Part shown: positions 1 to 8,078 of the stretch, one piece after another
Layout of the letters: each line of letters opens with the position of its first letter
Position numbering within the stretch: the first letter of the stretch is position 1
From: a virus
Lineage: Duplodnaviria > Heunggongvirae > Uroviricota > Caudoviricetes
Direction: 5' to 3' (one strand)
Virus record (IMG/VR): IMGVR_UViG_3300031993_000018
Span: 1 to 25,613 of that record
DNA length: 25,613 bases
Position numbers and translations under genes: made by a program
Notes under the pieces: generated by a model
The model's input: the letters and a program-made list of their open reading frames with translations, nothing else
The model's database searches: none
What the model was told of the DNA's origin: nothing

Positions 1-2232
1 GAACCTGAACCGGAATCAAAGACTTATTATTATAATATATTGGTAATAGATAATGATAATGATAACCCAATATCAGGAGTTGGAGTCAAGTTGTATAAAA
101 ATATTGGTACAACTCCCTGGAAAAAGTATAAATGTAACTATTGTGGATATGTTTATGGGGATTATTATCTTTCTGTAATTGGTGCTACTTGTCCAAACTG
201 TGGTAACCAAATAATTGTGGAGCAGACTATAAACACTACTACAAATGCAAATGGATTCATATCCATCCCAATGGAAAATCAAATATCAGCACCTTCCAAT
301 ATATATGCAAGGATTGATGATTCCACTAAACCAGAGGGATATGAAGATGGAGAAGAGGGTAATTATGTAGTTCCAATGGATAATGAAAGTACACCTGGAT
401 GTACTATTGCACTTACACCAATTCAACCTGACTATTATACTTTCCATTTTAGGTTCATTGACAAAATTTCAAAATTTGCCATTGGCAATATGTCTGTCAG
501 AAGGGGAAATGTTGGAAATTCATTTTCTATTGGAACAGTGGATGGTTATGGAAACTATGTATATACCACCACTGATATAAGTTTTGAATTATATATCCCA
601 GAACAGTCAGGATACAAGAGTTTTCATGAACAATATACTTATACCTCCGGAAGTTACTATGAAATAGAACTTGAACCCAAGAATACAATAAGGGTTATGG
701 ATGGTGACATACCAAAGGGAAATATCAGGGTTAAGATAACATATAAGGAAAACAATGAGGATAGGGAATGGACATTTGTAACATTTAATGAAGATGACAA
801 TAAAGGTTATATACAAACTTTATCTTCAACTGTATATGATTCTGGTAATAAATATTGGGTAGAAGTAATAGGTTATTCCAGTATTGGAAAATATATATTA
901 CCTGGAGATAACATACTTGATGTATCTCAAATTCCAGATTCAGGAGATGAACCGGTGATACCAGATGATACTGATAGAATTGTAAAATCAGTATATGGAA
1001 ACTTTGAAGAAGTGTCTGTCAAAAATATCAAGGAACATATCAATATTGGAAATGAGGTTCTGGAAGAGATATATAAAAACAATTATAATAATGAACAGAT
1101 TGATGTAGAGGGCAATAAGGTATCATATAAAGGTGGAAATGATTATAGAATCAAGATTGTTGACCCTGATTCCATAAATGTGTATGATATATTTGAGGGT
1201 ACATATATTGATACCAATGACAGTCAAAATTCAATAGGTTCAATGGACATCAAGTTAAAAGATGATCCTAATGAATTGAGATTGAAGATAATTAACAGAT
1301 ATTCCGGTTATTATAATCCTATTTTCAAGGATATCCTGTTTTATAACAATATGGTCACAAAGGATGGTGTGAAATGTCCTTATTCAAACACATCATTTGA
1401 TTACAACTATAAGGATAACTATGGTAAGTTTGGAGTAATCAACAATATGTGGTTTCATAAGGCAAATGACAATAAGAAAATCAGGATTATCAATACAACT
1501 GAACCATATTATCCATTAACTGGACAATATGCCCTTGATAGTAGGGATTATAACATCTTTGAGACTAATTGGGATAACAGACATTATACCAAACAGGTTG
1601 ATGTTGAAACATCTCAACCTTGTGACAACATAAGCAGTATGAAGGATGGTCTGTGTATGTTTGGATCCAAGTATCTCAATGTACCTGAAACTATAGAAAT
1701 AAATTATCTCACACTTGGACTGGATTCCAGTTGGAATGGTGAATGGAATGATGATTATATCACACAACCCAAGATGTGTCCCGGTGAGATTATGTTCAAG
1801 GAAGTGAATGGTAACAGTGTTGATTTTTATATATTCCTGAAGAAGAGAATAATAAGATTCTTCCAGGAAATATTGTATGATGAATTCAAAAAGTATATTT
1901 CAAACCAACATTCATTTGGTAATAAAGAAGGTATTGAGGATGACATTGAGGAATATGTGGAAAAGAACATTTTGAAACTCTACAGACTTGAAAGGGTGAG
2001 AGTTTTTGTCAGAAGAATAAAGAGAGGTATACATGACAGCAAGATTGAGAACAACTATGGTGCTTATCTTGATAAGAATGTCACATATTTCAGACAGCAT
2101 GGTTTTGTGGAGACAAACAATGTTAGACTGACCAAAATCAACACAGATGCCTTTGACAGGAAACTGGTATATAACCTGAAAACCGGATACCAGGAAGATT
2201 TCGGATTTGCCTTTATTTTGAGAAAGATATAA
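1..2232 (+). CDS. Large putative virion structural protein, 5'-truncated (Ig/prealbumin-like modules, CxxC-CxxC insert)
   Basis: Frame is open from base 1 (EPEPESKTYYYNILVID...), so the TTG at 40 is probably not the true start. Beta-rich modules of the 'NPISGVGVKLY...TTTNANG' type; ends TAA. Confidence 0.55.
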   Translation, partial: EPEPESKTYYYNILVIDNDNDNPISGVGVKLYKNIGTTPWKKYKCNYCGYVYGDYYLSVIGATCPNCGNQIIVEQTINTTTNANGFISIPMENQISAPSNIYARIDDSTKPEGYEDGEEGNYVVPMDNESTPGCTIALTPIQPDYYTFHFRFIDKISKFAIGNMSVRRGNVGNSFSIGTVDGYGNYVYTTTDISFELYIPEQSGYKSFHEQYTYTSGSYYEIELEPKNTIRVMDGDIPKGNIRVKITYKENNEDREWTFVTFNEDDNKGYIQTLSSTVYDSGNKYWVEVIGYSSIGKYILPGDNILDVSQIPDSGDEPVIPDDTDRIVKSVYGNFEEVSVKNIKEHINIGNEVLEEIYKNNYNNEQIDVEGNKVSYKGGNDYRIKIVDPDSINVYDIFEGTYIDTNDSQNSIGSMDIKLKDDPNELRLKIINRYSGYYNPIFKDILFYNNMVTKDGVKCPYSNTSFDYNYKDNYGKFGVINNMWFHKANDNKKIRIINTTEPYYPLTGQYALDSRDYNIFETNWDNRHYTKQVDVETSQPCDNISSMKDGLCMFGSKYLNVPETIEINYLTLGLDSSWNGEWNDDYITQPKMCPGEIMFKEVNGNSVDFYIFLKKRIIRFFQEILYDEFKKYISNQHSFGNKEGIEDDIEEYVEKNILKLYRLERVRVFVRRIKRGIHDSKIENNYGAYLDKNVTYFRQHGFVETNNVRLTKINTDAFDRKLVYNLKTGYQEDFGFAFILRKI

Positions 2233-2244
2233 AAATTGATTCAT

Positions 2245-2511
2245 ATGGAAAATGTATTGAGACTTCCGGTAAATGAATACTGGTACAATCTGATAAAGGA
2301 TGGTGAACTGACCCATGATTATAGGGAGGTGAAACCATATTGGGAAAAGAGACTTGAAGACAAGACCTATGATGTGGTTGAGTTCTACCATAGGTTCAAG
2401 AAGGATATTCCCCCTATGAGGTTCAAGTTTGAATGGATAAAGAAAGGAAGACTGGTGAACTACAATATGGATGCCTATATAATCAAGTTTGGAGAAAGGA
2501 TCGAACGGTAA
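2245..2511 (+). CDS. ASCH/PUA-like domain protein
   Basis: LxLPVxxxWYNLIKDGELTHDYREVKPYWEKRL resembles the ASCH GxKxxExR region. ATG at 2245 preferred over TTG at 2236. Confidence 0.7.
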   Translation: MENVLRLPVNEYWYNLIKDGELTHDYREVKPYWEKRLEDKTYDVVEFYHRFKKDIPPMRFKFEWIKKGRLVNYNMDAYIIKFGERIER

Positions 2512-2521
2512 ATGTAATGAT

Positions 2522-2863
2522 ATGGCAAAAGATCATCAGCAACAGAGAATACCCGGAATAAGATGTCCTTATTGTGGTAATTTTATTCCGACATCAATAC
2601 AACAGATTTTATTTTCATCCTGTTTGTTCTGCCCCACCTGTGGACTTAAACTCAACATAGATAAAAGGAAATCAGATAAGGCATTACAGATTCTTGCAAA
2701 GGTTGATGAAGCACAAAGAAGGGTGGAAGATGCTTCCCGTTTCAGAAACAGTATAACTCCAAAAGAGGAAAGTGGGTTTACGGATGAACAGGTTGAAACC
2801 ATAAACAGTGCATTGAATGATATAATCTTTGAGGACCTGGAAGTAAAAGAGACTGAAAACTAA
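2522..2863 (+). CDS. Zinc-ribbon protein (CPYC...CPTC) with C-terminal helix
   Basis: Two CxxC pairs. ATG at 2522 avoids overlap with the upstream gene; followed by a terminator. Confidence 0.65.
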   Translation: MAKDHQQQRIPGIRCPYCGNFIPTSIQQILFSSCLFCPTCGLKLNIDKRKSDKALQILAKVDEAQRRVEDASRFRNSITPKEESGFTDEQVETINSALNDIIFEDLEVKETEN

Positions 2864-2876
2864 TCAGTCTCTTTTT
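2845..2876 (+). terminator. Rho-independent terminator
   Basis: AAAAGAGACTGA-aaactaa-TCAGTCTCTTTT, 12-bp inverted repeat ending in a T tract. Confidence 0.8.
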
Positions 2877-2886
2877 GTTATATTTA
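2874..2886 (+). promoter_or_regulatory. Putative early/middle promoter TTTGTTATnTTTA
   Basis: Same 13-mer at 2874, 6636, 9838 and 10884, each 16-28 nt before a + strand start. Resembles the Bacteroidota -7 element TAnnTTTG. Confidence 0.65.
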
Positions 2887-2905
2887 CTGTGTTAAACAGT
2901 TTAAT

Positions 2906-4750
2906 ATGGAGAAATATACAAAAGAGAATCCTTTAAAAGTATTCACCACATTTTCCGGTTATGACTCACAATGCCTGGCCTTGAAGAAAGCAGGTATTCC
3001 CTTTGAACTGATAGGGTGGAGTGAGATTGAGAAGAGGGCGATTGAAGCCCATAACCTCATATTTCCTGAATATAAGGACAGGAATTATGGTGACATATGC
3101 AAGATAGACTGGGAAAATGTCCCTGATTTTGATTTCTTTACTTATTCATCACCTTGTTTTGTTGCAGGTACATTGATACAGACAAAAGAAGGATTGAAAA
3201 ATATTGAAGATATTGAAGAAGGTGATGAGGTATTAACTCATACAAACACTTACCATAAGGTTATTACACCTATGGATAAGTTATTTGGAGGTACATTATA
3301 TCACATTAAATCTGCTAATGGTGAAATAATATGTACACCAGAACATCCATTTTATGTAAGAGAATTATCTTATAAGTATGTTGACAGAAAACATAATAAA
3401 GTAAGAGAGTTTGGTAATCCTATTTGGAAACAGGCAAAAGACCTTACAAAGAAAGATTATCTTGGTACACCAGTTAATCAGGAATCCAAACTTCCTGAAT
3501 GGAATGGTGTTGAAGACAACAGATGGGGACATCACAAGAATTCAAACAAGTTATCAGAACTTTTCACAAACAACAGTTTCTGGTATCTTATGGGTAGATA
3601 TATTGGTGATGGTTGGACAAATAAAACTGTTAATAAATCAACAGGGGAAATAGGTTCAAGAGGAATAAAAATATGTTGTAGTAAAAAGAAAGAAACAGAT
3701 AAAACAACTCTTGGAAATGCCTTAAATAATTGTGGTTTGAATTATTGTGTTGTTGAAGAAAGAACAGTATATAAATTTCAGATTGTTTCAAAAGAGATTT
3801 GGGAATTTGTTCAAAGATATGGAAGTGGAGCAGATGGAAAATTTATAGATATTGATACAATAAATTTACCAACTGAATATCTTAAATCATTTGTTGATGG
3901 TTATCTTGACAGTGATGGTTATTATAACAAAAGAGATAATACTTATGGTATAACAACAGTAAGTAAGAAACTTGCATATACATTTGGACAGTGTATAAAT
4001 AAAGTTTATCACAAGCCTGTTAGAATGCAATTTTGTAAATTACCAGATACACATATTATTGAAGGAAGAATTGTAAATCAAAAGAGTTTTTATCAGGTTA
4101 GATTTAAAATTGAAACCCATAAACAAGACCAGGCATTTTATGAAAATGGATATATATGGTCTCCTGTTAATACACATAAAAATGGTATAACAACAGAATT
4201 TGTTGATTCTTGTGTAGTATATAATATGGAGGTTGATGGAGATAATTCATATGTAGCTAATAATTATATTGTACATAATTGTCAATCATTCAGTATTGCC
4301 GGTAAGATGCTTGGTGGTGAGGAAGGTTCGGGTACCAAGTCATCACTCCTGTGGGAATGTAAGAAGGCAATTGACATCAAGAAACCAAAATACCTGATGT
4401 TGGAGAATGTAAAGAACCTGGTATCAGAAAGGTTTATGGAGACATTCAATCTCTGGCTCAAATACCTGGAATCAAGAGGTTATACCAATTACTGGAAGAT
4501 ACTGAAAGGTTCTGACTATGGTATTCCCCAGGACCGTGAGAGGGTGTTCTGTGTATCCATCCTGAAACCGGAGGGTGAATTTGTGTTCCCGAAGGGATGG
4601 AAATTGGATAAGAATACCCTTGATTTTATGCAGACCAAGGAGGAGATAGGCCAGGATCTCTGGGATAAGTTGGTTGACCCCCAGGAGAATACTGACATCT
4701 ATATCAGGGACAATGAACAGTTCAAGAAATTCGCAGCAATACAGAAATGA
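2906..4750 (+). CDS. DNA cytosine-C5 methyltransferase, N-terminal subunit (motifs I-VIII), intein-containing
   Basis: FSGYDSQ (motif I), YSSP|CQSFS (IV, interrupted by intein), LMLENV (VI), PQDRERVF (VIII). Lacks motifs IX-X. Confidence 0.92.
   Translation: MEKYTKENPLKVFTTFSGYDSQCLALKKAGIPFELIGWSEIEKRAIEAHNLIFPEYKDRNYGDICKIDWENVPDFDFFTYSSPCFVAGTLIQTKEGLKNIEDIEEGDEVLTHTNTYHKVITPMDKLFGGTLYHIKSANGEIICTPEHPFYVRELSYKYVDRKHNKVREFGNPIWKQAKDLTKKDYLGTPVNQESKLPEWNGVEDNRWGHHKNSNKLSELFTNNSFWYLMGRYIGDGWTNKTVNKSTGEIGSRGIKICCSKKKETDKTTLGNALNNCGLNYCVVEERTVYKFQIVSKEIWEFVQRYGSGADGKFIDIDTINLPTEYLKSFVDGYLDSDGYYNKRDNTYGITTVSKKLAYTFGQCINKVYHKPVRMQFCKLPDTHIIEGRIVNQKSFYQVRFKIETHKQDQAFYENGYIWSPVNTHKNGITTEFVDSCVVYNMEVDGDNSYVANNYIVHNCQSFSIAGKMLGGEEGSGTKSSLLWECKKAIDIKKPKYLMLENVKNLVSERFMETFNLWLKYLESRGYTNYWKILKGSDYGIPQDRERVFCVSILKPEGEFVFPKGWKLDKNTLDFMQTKEEIGQDLWDKLVDPQENTDIYIRDNEQFKKFAAIQK
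3155..4279 (+). mobile_element. Intein (375 aa) with LAGLIDADG homing endonuclease
   Basis: Starts CFVAGT, block B CTPEHPFY, LAGLIDADG motifs LMGRYIGDG and FVDGYLDSDG, ends YIVHN followed by Cys. Confidence 0.95.
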
Positions 4751-5217
4751 GTAGGATAAAGGAAGAAAAGAAGGTAAAGGGTAAACAGTCCAACTATGTA
4801 AACACCAATGTGAAGGAGTTTGACGGTGACAGTTGGGCAACTGAAACAAACCTGTTTGGTGAGACCCCAGAAGAGGCCACCCCAGAGAAGTTCCCCCATC
4901 TGGTACAGTTGGGTAATCTCCATATTGACAGGACAGGATTCTACAATCCTCAGGATACCAGAGTATATTCCCCAAAGGGTACATGCCCCACACTCACACT
5001 GTCATTCAGTCCCAGATTCCTTATTCTTGATGATGGGGAATACAAGGTCAGGAGACTGTCTGGATTTGAGTCAATGAGACTGATGGGATGTGAGGATGAG
5101 GATATCCAGAAACTGGTTGATGGTGGACTCAGCAACAACCAGTTGGCACAATTGGCTGGAAACAGTATTGTTGTTAATATAATGAGTGAAATGTTCAAAA
5201 GTATGATAAAAGTTTAA
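4747..5217 (+). CDS. DNA cytosine-C5 methyltransferase, C-terminal subunit (TRD plus motifs IX-X)
   Basis: RVYSPKGTCPTLT (TRD), VRRLSGFESMRLMG (IX), QLAGNSIVV (X). ATGA overlap with the upstream subunit. Confidence 0.9.
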   Translation: MSRIKEEKKVKGKQSNYVNTNVKEFDGDSWATETNLFGETPEEATPEKFPHLVQLGNLHIDRTGFYNPQDTRVYSPKGTCPTLTLSFSPRFLILDDGEYKVRRLSGFESMRLMGCEDEDIQKLVDGGLSNNQLAQLAGNSIVVNIMSEMFKSMIKV

Positions 5218-5239
5218 GAGTGTGAAATTTCACACTCTT
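5216..5239. terminator. Bidirectional terminator / perfect 24-bp palindrome
   Basis: AAGAGTGTGAAA|TTTCACACTCTT between convergent genes. Confidence 0.75.
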
Positions 5240-5247
5240 TTAATTTT

Positions 5248-6618
5248 TTAATATAAATCATCAATTATATGATGTTTCCAAGCCCACAAATATGCACCAT
5301 AACTATTCTTTCTGAATTCAGACCTATTATTATATTTTTCTGCTTCTTTTCTTACAGATTCTTCATCCCAGTAACTCCTCACATTACTAAATAAATCATC
5401 AAGAAGTTTGTGTTTTCTGGCCCATTGGTATGCACTCCCATTTCCTCTTGCAAATTGAAGTTTTGTGTCATATTTGGATGCTTCTTTTCTTATTAAATCT
5501 TCTGTCCATAAAAAATTTTCTCCAAATAAGTCATCAATAATTTTATGTTTTACTGCCCAATTGTATGCAGATTTACATCCTACTTCAAATTGTTTTTTAC
5601 TATCATATTTAGATGCTTCATCTTTAACAGATTCTTCATCCCAATGTTTTGTATTTAATTTACCAAACAATTCATCAAGAAGATTATGTTTTCTGGCCCA
5701 TTCATATGCACCACCATATTTTTTATGAAATTTTTCTCTTGAGTCACATTTTAATGCTTTCTCTCTAACAGATTCTTCATCCCAATCATGTAGATTCAAA
5801 TCACCAAATATATCAGTCATTATCTTATGATTATTTGCCCAATTGTATGCGGGTTCACACCCATCTTTAAATTCTTTTCTTGTTTTATATTTAGATGCTT
5901 CTTTTCTTACAGATTCTTCATTCCAAATATTGCGATTTGTTTTACCAAACAATTCATCAAGAATTTTATGATTTAATGCATATTTGTAAGCAGACCCACA
6001 TCCCTTGAAAAATTGTGTACGGGTTTCATATTTAGATGCTTCAGCCCTGACAGTTTCATTTGTCCAATGTGTGTTATTTATTGTACCTAATGAACCACTT
6101 CCAATACCTGTTTTACCTTTATTTAACATAAAATATCCTTCACCTTGATATTTGTGCTTATAAAAATCTTCCATATCTTGAGCATCAATGGGTGATAAGT
6201 TTTCTTCTAAATATATTGGGTCTGGAACATCTTTACCAATACTTGTAAAATAGTTATATACAACAGTATGTCTTTCTCTACCTCTAAATATACCTGTTTT
6301 ATGTGAATTGTGTCTTTCTTCTTTATTAACAGTTAATCCTACATAAGCAACCTTATTGTCCTCATCAATATATGCATATATACATCTTGGTCTATCATCT
6401 TTTATTTTTAATAACCAATCAAAAGATTTAATTAAGTGATGTGATTTTGCATATTCAAATGCATCAGGACTGTTTTTCTTGAAATCAGATAGTGTATCAA
6501 ATTTTGCCGCCTCATTAGATACACTATCTTTATCCCAATCAAAAATATCATTTGATTGTTTAATTGATTCTTTAATTAACCATGAATTAAAATCAGGTAT
6601 AACATACAAATTTATCAT
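5248..6618 (-). CDS. GIY-YIG endonuclease with seven ~46-aa helical repeats
   Basis: CIYAY...AYVGLT...ERHNSH...AQDME...MLN matches the GIY-YIG pattern (Y, Y-x-G, R, H, E, N). One repeat before and six after the nuclease domain. Confidence 0.85.
   Translation of the reverse strand: MINLYVIPDFNSWLIKESIKQSNDIFDWDKDSVSNEAAKFDTLSDFKKNSPDAFEYAKSHHLIKSFDWLLKIKDDRPRCIYAYIDEDNKVAYVGLTVNKEERHNSHKTGIFRGRERHTVVYNYFTSIGKDVPDPIYLEENLSPIDAQDMEDFYKHKYQGEGYFMLNKGKTGIGSGSLGTINNTHWTNETVRAEASKYETRTQFFKGCGSAYKYALNHKILDELFGKTNRNIWNEESVRKEASKYKTRKEFKDGCEPAYNWANNHKIMTDIFGDLNLHDWDEESVREKALKCDSREKFHKKYGGAYEWARKHNLLDELFGKLNTKHWDEESVKDEASKYDSKKQFEVGCKSAYNWAVKHKIIDDLFGENFLWTEDLIRKEASKYDTKLQFARGNGSAYQWARKHKLLDDLFSNVRSYWDEESVRKEAEKYNNRSEFRKNSYGAYLWAWKHHIIDDLY
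5251..6069 (-). repeat. Six tandem coding repeats (45-47 aa, last one shorter)
   Basis: Consensus WxEESVRxEAxKYxxRxxFxxxxxxAYxWAxxHxxxDxLF. Confidence 0.9.
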
Positions 6619-6622
6619 AAAA

Positions 6623-6630
6623 TATTTATG
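6623..6630 (-). promoter_or_regulatory. Putative late promoter CATAAATA
   Basis: T4 late-like (TATAAATA) box 4 nt upstream of the GIY-YIG ATG. Confidence 0.55.
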
Positions 6631-6635
6631 GAGAA

Positions 6636-6648
6636 TTTGTTATATTTA
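6636..6648 (+). promoter_or_regulatory. Putative early/middle promoter TTTGTTATATTTA
   Basis: Identical to the 2874 copy; lies in a divergent intergenic gap. Confidence 0.65.
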
Positions 6649-6676
6649 GATTGATAATTTATCAAACATTAATGTT

Positions 6677-7192
6677 ATGGATAAAAAAGATGTAGTTTAC
6701 TTTTCAGTTAACAACTGGTTTTGTGGTAGGGATTATCCTCCTCTTAAGTGTTTCAAGAAATGGTTGGGTGATGACTTTATCCAGTCATTCAGAAATGATG
6801 AATGGTGTAAAGAGAACAAACTGTGTGTCTATTATGGATGTGTGGATATGAGTTCTAATTACACAGTATCTGCCCCAAGGGAATGGGTTGAAAAGAACTG
6901 TCCTGAACTTCTTACTGATGAGGAATACACATATCCTGTAAGAAGGAGTAAGTGGAAGAAAAGTCTCTTTGGAAAGGGTAAAATGATATGGGAAACCATT
7001 GAGGAGAAAAGAAAGTATTCTGATTTTGTCTATGTTCCTGAGGACCCGGATGATACCCCAGATTGTGACAGAGTAGGTGATATGCCTTTCAGGGAGTATT
7101 GTGAAGAGAACTTCGGATCTGAATATTATGATACCGGTTGGTGGGATAATGATGTTGAGGATGATGAGGATGAAGGTGATTCAGATGAATAA
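6677..7192 (+). CDS. Hypothetical protein, W/C-rich with acidic tail
   Basis: 171-aa ORF heading a tightly packed operon. Confidence 0.7.
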   Translation: MDKKDVVYFSVNNWFCGRDYPPLKCFKKWLGDDFIQSFRNDEWCKENKLCVYYGCVDMSSNYTVSAPREWVEKNCPELLTDEEYTYPVRRSKWKKSLFGKGKMIWETIEEKRKYSDFVYVPEDPDDTPDCDRVGDMPFREYCEENFGSEYYDTGWWDNDVEDDEDEGDSDE

Positions 7193-7195
7193 CTG

Positions 7196-8077
7196 ATGGC
7201 AAATTTTCAACCAATCATAAAATGGAGTGGAAGTAAGAGGAGTCAGTGTGATGAAATACTGTCTTACTTTCCACAGAAGATAGACACATACTATGAACCG
7301 TTTTGTGGTGGTTGTTCTATGTTGATGTGTCTGCTTAATTCCGGATGGAATGTGAAGAGATATGTCTGTTCTGACCTCAATGGTGACCTCATAAATCTCT
7401 GGAATGAGATAAAGGACAATCCTGAAAAAGTTTATACCACTTATGTCAATTTGTGGAATGAACTGAATAAGGATGATGATGTTGACAGAAAGAGGAAGTT
7501 CTTTGAAGAACAGAGGGATATCTACAACAAGGAACATTCACCATATGTATTCTTTTTCATAATGAGGACTACCACAAACGGTATGCCCAGGTACAACAGG
7601 AATGGTGAGTTCAACAATGGTTTCCATCTGACCAGGAATGGTATTGAACCCCAGAGACTTGAACCAATCCTTATGGACTGGAGTAACAAGTTGAAGAAAT
7701 TCAGGGTGGAGTTCAGACATTGTTCATATGAGGAGATCCTGGATCAGGCAAAAGAAGGTGACCTGGTGTATATGGATCCCCCTTACTTCAATACAAAAGG
7801 TATGTATTATGGTGGAATAGACTTCCCTGTATTGTTCTCAAACCTCAAATCATTGTGTGACAGGAATATCAGGTATGTGATGTCATTTGATGGAAAGTCC
7901 GGTAATGTTGACAATACTTGTGATGTACCTGAAGATTGTTATGTTTCCCATATGTACATCAAAAGCGGAAACTCATCATTCAAGAGAACCATAGGAAAGG
8001 ACAAAAATGCCATTGTGTATGAGAGTCTTTATCTCAACTATAAAGAAAATAATTTGTATAATATAAGATTGTGGTAA
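7196..8077 (+). CDS. dam: DNA adenine methyltransferase (Dam/D12 family)
   Basis: PIIKWSGSK, YYEPFCGG and VYMDPPY motifs; target specificity not determinable from sequence. Confidence 0.9.
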   Translation: MANFQPIIKWSGSKRSQCDEILSYFPQKIDTYYEPFCGGCSMLMCLLNSGWNVKRYVCSDLNGDLINLWNEIKDNPEKVYTTYVNLWNELNKDDDVDRKRKFFEEQRDIYNKEHSPYVFFFIMRTTTNGMPRYNRNGEFNNGFHLTRNGIEPQRLEPILMDWSNKLKKFRVEFRHCSYEEILDQAKEGDLVYMDPPYFNTKGMYYGGIDFPVLFSNLKSLCDRNIRYVMSFDGKSGNVDNTCDVPEDCYVSHMYIKSGNSSFKRTIGKDKNAIVYESLYLNYKENNLYNIRLW

Positions 8078-8078
8078 T

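Noticed and set aside
4700-4760. Programmed -1 frameshift fusing the two MTase ORFs
   Set aside because: No slippery heptamer in the short shared open stretch (4717-4750); the ATGA overlap explains the arrangement
5216-5239. Perfect palindrome as operator or mobile-element end
   Set aside because: Position between convergent stop codons fits a bidirectional terminator like the other hairpins; no second copy seen
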